Shown here: positions 12,647-24,585 of the stretch, in pieces
How positions within the stretch are numbered: position 1 is the first letter of the stretch
Layout of the letters: the number at the start of each line of letters is the position of its first letter
Assembly: GCF_006345805.1 (NCBI RefSeq)
Contig: NC_042998.1
Coordinates: 122,078,001-122,142,000 of the forward strand
DNA length: 64,000 nt
From: Octopus sinensis
Taxonomy: Eukaryota
Direction of reading: 5' to 3'
The notes under the pieces: generated by a model
What the model was told of the DNA's origin: nothing
The model's input: only the letters and a program-made list of their open reading frames with translations
Database searches by the model: none
Made by a program: the position numbers and the translations under genes

Positions 12647-13211
12647 TGGCCTCAACAAGGGCAAAACATATCTGCCATTCTTGTGAGTCACTGCAGCAAT
12701 GATGGTGGTCTCACTTCAATACACTTCATGTTTTAACAACAAATCTATGAAGAGATTTTTTTTATCATTGATGATTCCACAGCATTCTGTTTCCTATAGG
12801 CATGTATACATTTAGCATGATACACAGATGGTGGTAGGTGTGTGCATGTATTTATAAGCATAGGTGTGTGGTTAAGCATAGGTGTGTGTTTGTTTTGGGT
12901 TCAGACTCATGCAAACATGAAAAAGTGGGTGAAACAATGATGCTGATGACTGATTGACTAACATACATACATACATACATACATACATACATTTTCTTGA
13001 CAAAGTGTAAATTTGTTAACATTGAAAGGTGGCAGACTATACAATGGCCTTGACGTCTTGACAGATACACCAATGTCACATGGCATCAATTTTTCTTGCA
13101 ATTCTACAATTTTTAACACACACACAGAAATTTGTTGGAATAAATGAGAGGAGAAGACCTCAATACATAAGAGTGTGAAAGTAAACTTTACAGCTGAATA
13201 ATATATATATA

Positions 13212-13610
13212 TATGTTTTATCTTGTAACTTTTACTTGTTTCAGTCATTAGACTCTGGCTATGCTGGGGCATCACCTTGAAGAATTTTTAACCAAATGAA
13301 TGGACCCTAGTACTAATCTTCTTTTAAAGTCCGGTAGTACTTACAGTATCAGTCTCTTTTGCTGAACTGCTTAGTTACATGGATGTAAACACACCAACAC
13401 CAGTTGTCCAACAGTGGCGGGGCACACACATAGAAACACACACACACCACATACAATGGTTTCCATGTACCAAATCCACTCTCAAGTTTTTGGTTAGACT
13501 GAGTCTATAGTAGAAGACACTTGCCCAAGTTACCATTCAATTGGACTGAAACCAGAACCATGTGGTTGGAAAGCAAGCTTCTTACCACACAGCCATGCCT
13601 CTGCCTATAC
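13212..13610 (-). mobile_element. SINE family B
   Basis: Same head, spacer and tail architecture as 5519-5872. Confidence 0.8.
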
Positions 13611-16600
13611 ATATATATGCAGACATGGACATGTCTGTGGTGAAGAAGCTCACTTCAGAACCACAGATTTAGGGGTTAGATTTCCTTATAAGAGGTGCCT
13701 TCACAATAGCTGTAATTGAGCAAAATCTGATAAAAAGAAACTGGAAGAAGCCTACATACACAAACTTATGCAGACACCCACCCACCCACATCATAAATAC
13801 TTCATATGAATAATGACTAACTATACTATTTTACTTTTCTTGGAGCAATTACAATGCAAAATGTTAAGAGATTGTTGCAGGTGTATATTACATTAAAAAT
13901 TACAATTATACTACCATTATTTCATGATGCCAAGAAGATTTTATTTCAATATGAAATATCTACATTTTCTATATCTAACAATGTACCAAACACAAAATAT
14001 GAAACAAAGATTCTACTATATACTTGAATAACTGATAAATAAGCAACAATAAACTCACAAAGGTCCTAAAATTCTTAAGTTTTAATTTTTTGGATAACCA
14101 CATACGGATAAACATTTCTTTTGGGAGAAAATAGCAAGGTTATATGTGAGTGTTAGGTTAAGCTTGTGTCACAGATGAAATAACGAGATTGAGATCAATA
14201 GCAAAATTATGAATTTCAGACATGTCCAACCCCTCCGAACAGGGCAAACCCATTCCCCAACAAAAAAAAAAACTTAAAATGATTGGACATGATGATGACG
14301 ATGACGATGGTAATGGCAAAAAAAGTGAAAGTAAAAACATGGTTTAATGGAACTCCCAGAGCAATTAAATGACCATTTTACCGACAGAGGAGAGATACAG
14401 AGTTATTAAGGCAATTAAAAATCAAAAGGAGGTAATTTATTTATTTTTGTTTCTTTCGGTAGTTTTCAAAGAGTTAGAGATAGGGGCGTCTGTTCCTGAA
14501 ATAACCAGTGGAATGCAAGATCAGAAGTGCTTAAAATAGTACATGAACAGGAGTTGGGAACAATGCAAGAGAGGAAACAAGGCATAGAATACAAGAGACA
14601 CCAAATTAGCATGTATATTCTGTCTTCATGAAAATTCTTCATGTAGCACTGGTGCGATCAATAAAAAGAACTATTGATTGACTAGCCTGGTGATTTGCTA
14701 ATGAGTCAATATAAATAACTGAGGTATGTGCTCTGAGGAAGATTTCTATTCATATAACAACAGGATCTTTTACTATTCAATGAAAATCATCTCATAAAGA
14801 TTTCATAAATAATAAATTTTAATATTCATAATGATGTGATTATCTCATGCTTGGGGTTTAGGATTTTTTCATCTAAAAACATTCTTTTTAAGATTTACAA
14901 AAACAAGTTTACTAATTTAAAGATATACATATATTTTTCTATAACGGTTAGTGTTAATAACAAAACCAGCAACTACAAAATTAAATTAAAAAGGCAGGAA
15001 TAACAAATGATATCTAAAGTGAAGAATGAATGGGTAAAATATTCAGTGTGTTTGCAGCATGAAATATTCAAATCTAAAGTGGTTTAGGTGGTGGCTTGCA
15101 TTTATTGGAGTAAATTTGGATCCACAACAAACTAAACTATTTACAGTTCTGTTTTTGATTTTACATTCGTTTACTTCAAATTGGAATAAGCTGCACAAAC
15201 ATTATTTTAAAGTAAGAAGTTCTGTAGAAAAAGGTTCTGGTGCTGTGGTTTTGTAGTTCCAATTTGAAGTTATGTTGCATAACTTCAGCTGTTGTTTAGC
15301 ACCAAAATCACCCTCACTGAACAAATCTATGATAAAAACAAAACAGTGCACATTTGACTATCCTGTATTTTATACAGACAATGTACTCAGGGTTACATTA
15401 TTAAATACATTTTTCTCTCTTTAAGATTGTATGTTGGGTGTGATTTCAAGGAAACTTGGCTGCTATTTCTTGTTTGATCAGGCAATTCTGTAAAGGTTTC
15501 CTCTTTGCCTCATGTAGCGTCAGTTTATAGCATGTGGTGTTGAGTAACTTCTATCTGAATTAAGGGACAGTGTTGTGTAGGCTCAGTGCTCTACTTTGAA
15601 GCAGATGTCTTATGTTTTGTCAAGAGGTGTTTTGTAGAGCTAGATTAAAGATGGTGGCAGAAACATATAGCAAGTGGGATGTGAGGTTTAGGGTAGTAAC
15701 AACCTCACCACTCCTTTCCTAGATGCAGGTGTGAAGAGGGTGAAAATTACCAATTAATTAAAGGAGGGAACTTGTGACTTTTGCTCTCAGTTGCTGAGAA
15801 CCCTTACTACATGACTAGATGGTAGTAGTAGTGCAGTTCAAGAATGGAGATATTTTATAACTTTATGTAGATGTTTTATAACTTTGTCATTCATAAAAAT
15901 AATGATGATTTCTTTTATTGGTCACAAGGGCCCAAGACATAGAAGACAATATCAAAGGATGACATGATCACCTGATCAGGATATAGAACAGGCAACTGTT
16001 TCTAGTGTAACAAATAGAGTCACTTGGTTGACCTTTTAGAGTCAAAGGTATCTATCCTTCTGACCCCAAATAGGTCAGCTCTATTGACTTCATGGGATAG
16101 GGAAATGAAAGAATGGCAGTTATGAATTTGTTGTATACTTTATATACATTGGATATTTTGGTTATAAAAATGAAAAGCCATAAACACAAGTTGTCAGTTA
16201 CTGCTGTAGTGAATCCCTCAATGAAACCAACCATCTATCTACCATTACCCTGATATGTCTGTGTTTCTTTCTCTCTCTCTGTGTAAACACACATACACAC
16301 ATGCAGGGTGTTATAATGACTCTGAATTTGCATTAAGTGAACCAACAGTAATAAAAACAAACAGTAATAAAAACAACAACAGTAATAAAAATAAAAACAT
16401 CTAGCTATCCATAAAACATTTACAGTCAGTAGGGGGATTTGGCCACTGTCCCTCCCAAATTAAATTATGACATAGAGCAGTATTTATGGATGAACTAAAC
16501 ATTGTTTGATTCCCACACGAATATAAAGTGAAAAATAAAAAGAATGTTTCCAAGCATAGCAACTAAACATTATTATTTTTGGCATCTCAAAACACATTGT

Positions 16601-17045
16601 GAAAAATTAGTATTAATAAATATGGATAAAGTTAAAGCTGAATATCAAACTAGCAAAACAAAATGACTACTGTTACTGCACATCTGTCTTCTAAGAGATC
16701 AACAGATTCTTTCATTTTCACTTTTACTTTAGAATATGGTTAGCTTTCCTTCTTATCAATACTTGATTCGTATACAGTTTCAGTAAACAACATAAGAATG
16801 GAGCTGACCATGATATAAGATGTACAGCTATGGACACTGTAAGATGTTATGGTGTAAATCATCACTCACTTTTTGTGCATGTCATTTTCATATCCCAAAT
16901 TCCACCAACAAATTTTTCAGTTTTGCAAACTTTACTACCCATAGTTTTACACATTTTTCAACTCCTCAGTCTCAGTTACTTTCCCTGATAACATTGTTAT
17001 TTTCCTTACCAAACTTGCTGGCTTTCCAAAATCAACAGTACTTAC

Positions 17046-18203
17046 CAGTTTCCTTATGAACTATACAACTAGCTATCTTGCTTCCTTACATCCTGTAAAC
17101 AACTTTTAATTGTCTAAAAATAAAAAACAAATCAACTGCACAATTTTCTTAATATTATTCGATACCACTTTCTTATTTGAGTTAGCTCTTCAGTTAATCC
17201 CTTAATTTTTAAAATCAAGTATCAAGTGGAAAAAAGAAAAAACAAAACAAACATTCATCTACTGCTTATATTTCCTCCTTTGTCATGACACTGTGAGAAA
17301 TAGCTCCTCTCAGTAGAAGTCATCAACAAAATCCCTTTACATCTCTGACTAGTATCATCTATCATCTTACATACTTGCTCTCTGTTAATACAAAATTCAC
17401 AACAGAATCCAATAAATACAGTCTTGTATTTTATATATGGCTTGATGAAAGGAAGATGGGTTCCACCAAGTGATGTTTTGTCCTGCATCTGAGACTAAAA
17501 GTTGTGGAAGAGAAAGAAGAAAACTACAAACTCTTGAGTTGTTACAGTTGGAGTCAACACTCCAAGACATCTGGTTATCCTCAGATTACAGATCTGATCT
17601 AAATGCTTGCAACATAGTGAACTCTGCTAAAGTCACCTGAGGGCTTAGTGGTAATACTGGTTTCAAGTTTTGGCACAACTTTGGTGGGTGGGGGTAAGTT
17701 GATAACATCGACTCCAGTGTTCAACTGGTACTTATTTTATTGAGCCTGGAAGTGCAAAAGGCAAAGTTGACCTCAGCAGAATTTGAACTCAGAAGTTAAA
17801 CTCGGATGAAATGTCACTAAGCATTTTGCCCTGGTAAGCTAACAATTCTGCCAGCTTGCCACCTTGCATAGTAGTAATATCAAATTGAACAACAGACTAA
17901 AATATTACTTTCACAGTAAGCTATGCATGTTTGCTTTCAGTTTCATACGACAGTCATAATATTCTTCTTGAACAAAACAAGGTTGCCTCTTATAGCAGTC
18001 AATTTGTCTATATCAACAATATTTGGATAGCCCTGGAATATATAATATTCAAACCAGTTGCAAAACCAACACAATGCAATGATTACAGGATGGCTATTTA
18101 ATCACCGAACCTGTTGTTGCTGATGTTTTACCTGTCTACTACACTGCCAATACAGACAATCTTGTTGACCATTTTCTTTCCCCAATGATAAATTTATGTC
18201 TTG
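17046..18203 (-). other. Tentative four-exon spliced unit (18203-18132, 18032-17949, 17494-17371, 17113-17046)
   Basis: GT-AG boundaries; strong pyrimidine-rich acceptors at 17495 and 17114; the first three segments join in one open frame. No recognisable protein homology. Confidence 0.25.
17655..17865 (-). mobile_element. SINE family A
   Basis: Reverse complement of head (AACAATTCTGCCAGCTTGCCACCTT) and core. Confidence 0.8.
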
Positions 18204-18328
18204 CTAATTTTACTTTTCTTACACACCTCACACTATTCCCAATTCTCTACTATCGGTGTATTGATGTATTTCATCTGTTTGTTTCTTTGCAAGTTAAATT
18301 TCTATATGTCTGTCAGTTTGTGTGTGTA

Positions 18329-18383
<55 letters not shown>

Positions 18384-19380
18384 GTTGTTAATAATAATAA
18401 TATACCTATATCATATTCTTCCTCTTCCTAACTATTCAGCCCAGCCCAGCCCACCTGACATAAACTTGCAAACAGCCATATATGCATCCATTTCTACATT
18501 GTCACCAACATCGCCTCAACCACCACCACCACCAATACACCACTAGCACAACCACTGTCTTCCAGTTACTCCTAGGCTTCTTCTTTCTCTTCACTAGCCA
18601 TTCTATCACAAATCTACAAGAGTAATATCAAACGTTCTTCTCAATGCTTTTTTTTTGAATGAAGAAAATATGATAAAAAAAAAATAAAGAAAAGGAAGCA
18701 CAACAAACACACAAAGAAGCCAACATACACAACTAAATCAACATGAAACAAAACAAAAATAAAGAATAAAAATAAAAGTAGGTGTGGTGTGGGAGTGGAA
18801 ACCTTCACTATAAAGATATAGATGTTTGTTGAGGAAAGAAATCTTTAGTGGCGAGGGGTGGGGGAAGTCAAATTCGTGCAACAATGTTTTGCAAGAGGAA
18901 TTTAGTGAAGTGTATTCAACCTTGCTAGTTAAATGACTAGTACGATGTAGAATTGTGACATAACAAAGAGAGACAGAGAGAGAGAGAGAGGGGGAGAGGG
19001 AGAAAAGAGAGAGGGCAGCAAAAGAGGGAGAGAAAGAAAGAAAAATATGAGTGTATGGGAGGAGGGTAATAGCAAAAGAAAGAGGAGAAAACATAAGGGG
19101 GGAAAGCGGGAGTAAGTGGGTAAGAAACTTATATGTAGAAGAATACTAAACGGAGGGGATTATTTTCGAAGAAATGGAATATATGTTTGAATTTCCGGTA
19201 TTGGATTAAATAAATGAAATAGAAAATAAATAAACAGGTAAATAAAAACAAATTGGAATATCTAGAAAACAGATGTAGATAGAATATGTTTAGTGGAGGA
19301 GAAGAATTTTTCCTTTCTTGTTTTCTCTCATGCAAATCCTCTACAAGTTTATATACACACATGCTAGTAATACATATATA

Positions 19381-19503
19381 CATACATACAAACACAAAAT
19401 GATTATACATACATATATATACATACATACAAACACAAAATGATTATACATACATATATATACATACATACAAACACAAAATGATTATACATACATATAT
19501 ATA
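19381..19503. repeat. 41-bp minisatellite, 3 copies
   Basis: Unit CATACATACAAACACAAAATGATTATACATACATATATATA starting at 19381, 19422 and 19463. Confidence 0.9.
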
Positions 19504-19523
19504 TATATAATATATATATATAT

Positions 19524-19578
<55 letters not shown>

Positions 19579-19624
19579 AATATATATATATATTATATAT
19601 ATATTATATATATATATATTATAT

Positions 19625-19772
19625 ATCATTCAAGTATATCATATATATATATTATATATCATTCAAATATATCATATATATATATTATATATCATTCAAA
19701 TATATCATATATATATATTATATATCATTCAAATATATCATATATATATATTATATATCATTCAAATATATC
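19625..19772. repeat. 33-bp minisatellite, about 4.5 copies
   Basis: Unit ATCATTCAAATATATCATATATATATATTATAT starting at 19625, 19658, 19691, 19724 and 19757. Confidence 0.9.
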
Positions 19773-19857
19773 ATTGTTATTATTGCATATATTTATTCAT
19801 ATATAAATGATATATCAAAAATATAAAATATGTATTGTCATTATGTCATATGTATCA

Positions 19858-19914
<57 letters not shown>

Positions 19915-20043
19915 TTATATATATATACACATATACATACATTATATACACACACACACACATATATATATACACACACATATATATATATATAATATAG
20001 TAAAATATATATACATCACTGTCATTGCCACCACCATCATCAT

Positions 20044-20175
20044 CATCATTTAAGTCCTTCTTCCAGTCTGATATGGGTTGGATAGTTTGACAGGAGCTGG
20101 CAAGGTAAAGAGCTGTGCCAGCTCCTATCAGACTGTCCAACTTACTCCAGCATGGAAGACAGATGTTAAATGATG
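20044..20175. repeat. Foldback of two RTE-tail ends (about 60-nt arms, 13-nt loop)
   Basis: Arms 20044-20102 and 20116-20175 are reverse complements with mismatches; the innermost 10 bp GGAGCTGGCA/TGCCAGCTCC are perfect. Confidence 0.8.
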
Positions 20176-20633
20176 GCTGTGATGATGATATACATTATTA
20201 TATTTATATGCATACGTAGATATACACACACACACACACATGATAAATGTATGTGCTTATGAATAAATGGTTATATAAGTTTATACACCCACACATGAAC
20301 ACACACACACACACACATATATATTGTATTATTGTTGACAGGAACTTCACATAAAATTCGACTCAACTGTCAGTATTGAGTCCCCCTATTAGTAAATGCT
20401 CTGCTGTTATTGCTATTATTTTCACTTTGCTTTGAAATAATAAACCTCAATTTAGCATTATTTTTATACGTGAAATCTATACACAGAAAGTTTTTCCAGT
20501 GCGATAAAATCTTATAGCAAATGGCTTTTCATGTTTTATAGTACAAAAGTGTGTCAAATATAAATGTACACCTCTTAATGTGTGCATGTGTGTTTGCATG
20601 TATGCGTGTGTGCACATGTGTATATGTGCGTGC

Positions 20634-20665
<32 letters not shown>

Positions 20666-20715
20666 GCATGCACATACATGATATATAAGTATATTAACTA
20701 TGCATATTATATATA

Positions 20716-20759
<44 letters not shown>

Positions 20760-20849
20760 TAGTGTAAATACAACGACCAATAATGATGACAACAAGGGAG
20801 GGAGAAAGCTTAATAAATACAGTATGAACACTAATGGAAAGAGAAAGTA

Positions 20850-20884
20850 CTTGAATGTTTTGGACATTAGTCCTTCATCACAAG
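20850..20884 (-). ncRNA. Degenerate hammerhead-ribozyme-like motif
   Basis: Minus strand CTTG TGATGA A GGAC TAAT GTCC AAAA CA TT CAAG. Stem I and stem II are intact; restoring two CpGs gives CCGAAACG. Confidence 0.4.
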
Positions 20885-21755
20885 AAGGATAGAAGCATAG
20901 GCGTAAGAAAGGGAATACTCTAAGAGAGAGAGGAAGAGAGAGAGGGAGAGAGAGAGAAGCAGACAGACAAAGAAAGAAAGAAAGAGAGAGAGAGAAACAG
21001 ACAGACACTATTACATGACAGCATAAAAGAAAAAGAAAAAAGACAAAAAAGAAGCCAGGAAAAGTGGAAGCAATATAAAATAATGTAAAACAATTGTTGA
21101 AAAGAAATATATAAAGCAATAATAATTATTGAGATGAAGCATTATAACAAAACAAAACAAAACAAAAAAGAAGGAAAAAGTTTGCCTGAATCTAATTTGT
21201 TTTCTTCTAATGGCAGAAAGTCATTGAGCTTTAAACTAAATAATCTGAAAGATTGGTAAACAAAGAAATTAAAGAAGCCTAAAGCCTAAAATAATTGCAA
21301 AACCAAATAGAAATTCTTAATACACAGGAATTTCAAGAGGGTCAAAATCGTCATTGTTATTGTTATCAGCATCATTATGCTGCTCACTAACAACTAACAT
21401 TTGTGAGTATCATACTTCTGGTCTTCCAGATCATCAAGATCAACAGAGTTAATATATTTATCCTCCTCCACCATATCACTATTCTCATGCTGATAATCAA
21501 CCTTCATGATCTTGAAGATAATAGTTATAATAAATGACAACAACAAAAGCCACCGCCACCATCACTGTTACCAGCACTATTAAAGCAATGATGAAAGTGA
21601 TGATGATGATGATGTTTATTTCTTTATTTGTAACATTAAACCTATGATATTACTGGAAACAAATAAACAGATAAGCTATCTGTGGGGATTTTTGCTGCTC
21701 ATAAACACATCAATTTGAATTATGATGACCTTCTTAGCTCCGCACTGGGCTTATT

Positions 21756-21797
<42 letters not shown>

Positions 21798-21811
21798 TAC
21801 ACATACATACA

Positions 21812-22665
21812 CAGGGTGTGGTGAATATACTGTCATCTAAATTATGCAAAAATGAAAATAACACTGACATCTCATTTTAACAGATATATTTACCAAAATT
21901 ACATAAAAATATCTTGAAATGCCAAAGAGTAAATTTATTCAATAAAATCGCCATTGGCTTCGACGACAGCTTCCAGATGCCTTTGGAATCTACTGCAACT
22001 CTTCTGGATGGTCTCCTTGTTTAAGTTGATGAATGCTGCTGTAATACTTAAGTTCAGTTCATCTTTGGTGTTACAAGGAGTTTTGTTGGACTCTCACTCA
22101 ACAGTGCCTCACACATAACAATCAAAGGGGTTGCAGTCTAGGGAGTAAGGTAGCCAGATATTATGGGTGATGTGGTCACAGAAATTGTCCGAGATCCACG
22201 ACTAGGTTCTCCTGCTTGTGTGGTGCAGAGTCTTGTTGCCAGACATAGGGTCTTCCAGTAGCCACCCTCTTGACACAAGGCAGCACTACCTCCTCCAGGC
22301 ACTTGATGTAGGCCTCTGTGCGGGAAGATGAATGGAGGCATAATGTTGCCATCATTAGTGGTCACTCCAAACACCATGATGTTGACTGGATGTTTGAATT
22401 TTATCACTCGCAGTGCATGCAATGTCAGCAGATTGACACCCAAACACTGAAATGTTCATATTGGAGCTTCCGGCACGAATACCAAGAAGTACAGTATGTT
22501 GTTTCCAAATTTCTGGCAGAGTGAATTGCATTATGGTGCTGTTTTTCTCACAGATGGTGCCTATCTGACCCTACTATACTGTATATTTGACAAAATCAAA
22601 ACCAAACAATGTGCATATACAAAATCAAATATATAAAATGGCAACAGTTTACCCATTGCACCCTC
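21812..22665 (-). mobile_element. Tc1/mariner DD37D (maT-type) transposon, internally deleted
   Basis: Ends CAGGGTG...CACCCTC. Minus strand encodes MQFTLPEIWKQH..., KHPVNIMVFGV, then frameshifted WQQDSAP...DCNPFDCYV and the terminal LEAVVEANGDFIE. Confidence 0.85.
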
Positions 22666-22994
22666 AATATATATATTTGCTGCTTTTGTATACAAATATC
22701 AAGAAGAAATCTTGTGGAACAGCCATTATTTTAATAAGATACATCTTGTAATCACTGAGGAGACACATCTACACTGACAGACACACCTAAATCAGATGTT
22801 CAGTATCCCACTTGTAAGGGATTGATGCTAGATGGGTAAAAAAAATTGCAGTGGTCAATAAACTTTCTTCTATCTTCCATCTCTCTCACTAATCAAATAT
22901 CATCAAACACTGAGAAAGTGAAAGTGCTTTACTAGTTAACTACCCGGTGTATACCATACGGTTTATTAACTGATATATATATATATATGATAAT

Positions 22995-23196
22995 AACAAG
23001 AAGGCCTGAAATTTTGTGGGAGGGGGCTAGTCAATAGCATTGACCCCAGTGCTCAACTAGAACTTACTTTATCAAACCTAAAAGGATGAAAGACAAAGCT
23101 GACTATGGTGTAATTTGAACTTAGAATGTAAAACTAGAAAAAATGCCATGAAGCATTTTGTCCAGCATGCTAAGAATTCTGCCAGCTTGATGCCTT
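22995..23196 (-). mobile_element. SINE family A
   Basis: Reverse complement of head, core and tail; a second partly deleted copy follows at about 23208-23390. Confidence 0.75.
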
Positions 23197-23581
23197 AATA
23201 ATAATAATCCTTTCTACTATAGACATTAGGCCTGAAATTCCAGGCAAGTTGATTACATAGACCTCAGTGTTCAACTGGTACTTATTTTATCAGCCCTGAA
23301 TTTTATCAGTGGAATTTGAACTCAGAATGTAAAGATGGATGAAATGCTGCTAACCATTTTGTTAAGCATGTTAAAGATTCTTGCCTTCAAGCTGCTGTCA
23401 GGCTTGAAGTGATTCAGAAGACAGCATTGTTGGGTAGAGCTCACATTCTAAGGAGTATATTGTCTCTTTGAGTCACAGGAGAAGGCACTACTTGAAACCT
23501 TTGATGATTTGTTATTGCCTGCTTTGAAGTAAAGGACAACTGCAAATAGAACAGCGAGAATCAAAACAACAATAATAATAA

Positions 23582-23780
23582 TACCTGCAAGGTCATGTGC
23601 TGTTTATCTTGATATGAAATCACTATGTCGCGCACATATGGTTGTGATGCATGTGCCTAGCGTACCCTTATCAGACAGGTAGTCATGATAGTCACTGGGC
23701 TTTGTATATTTTACTCCGGTATTACTTTGATGGCATGCACTGCTCTCTCACTCAATAATAATAATAATAATAATAATAAT
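23582..23780 (+). mobile_element. Probable non-LTR retroelement 3' end with (AAT)n tail
   Basis: Complex 170-nt sequence flanked on both sides by (AAT)n. No ORF is visible, so the class is inferred. Confidence 0.4.
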
Positions 23781-23979
23781 GGTGATGATAAGAAATTACT
23801 AAAGATACTGACAGAAAGCACTGGTAATAAAGGAAAACAACTACAATAATAGCATAACAATAGTAATAATAGTATAATAATAGTATATTAATACTATTAT
23901 TATTATTGTTGTTGTTATCATTTTTTGTTATTTGTGGCACTTTCTGTCAGCATCTTCAGTAATTTCTGTTTATCACCAT
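23779..23979. repeat. About 200-bp foldback with (AAT)/(ATT) core
   Basis: AGAAATTACTAAAGATACTGACAGAAAG is inverted to CTTTCTGTCAGCATCTTCAGTAATTTCT; central palindrome TAGTATATTAATACTA at 23881-23896. Confidence 0.75.
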
Positions 23980-24477
23980 CATAATTATGATAATTATCTT
24001 CATTAATATCATCATCATCTTAATCATCATTAATCATATTATTAATTTAAGGTTATGCTTATTTTGTTTTTTTAAAATAGCATTATTAAATCATCATCAT
24101 CATCATTATTGTAATTATTATCATCAACATCAATATAATTAATGTTGCTGCTTTTGTCTTTTACTTGTGTGATTAATTAATATCTAACCCTGCTAACTTT
24201 ATTCTACAGAATATCTGAAAAGCACAAATGCTTACCTCTAGTTCAATTTAAGACCTTATAGCTAAATGGCAGAGCAATGGCTTAATAAGTACTTTTTTTT
24301 ATATTAAAAGAATCATAGTCCAGAGAACAAGGCAGAAATTCTTTAACCTCTGTAAGATTTTGTCAGCAAGGTAATCATATTTCTGAGCCCCACTTGAGAA
24401 CGAAGAGTCTTGTCTTTGGCAGTAGAGTTTATCATTCTTACCTTTCCTTCTAAGGTTAAAACTTATAGCTGGTTTAT

Positions 24478-24585
24478 CTTTTAACTTTTGCTTGTTTCAG
24501 TCATTCAACTGTGACCATGCTGGAGCACCACCTTCAAGAATTTTTGGTTGAATGAATCAACCCTAGTTCTTTTTTTTAAAACCTG
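24478..24585 (-). mobile_element. SINE family B, tail only
   Basis: CTTGTTTCAGTCATTCAACTGTGACCATGCTGGAGCACCACC. Confidence 0.7.

Noticed and set aside
19381-19772. CRISPR-like regular repeats
   Set aside because: Pure tandem units with no unique spacers, no cas genes, and a eukaryotic context.
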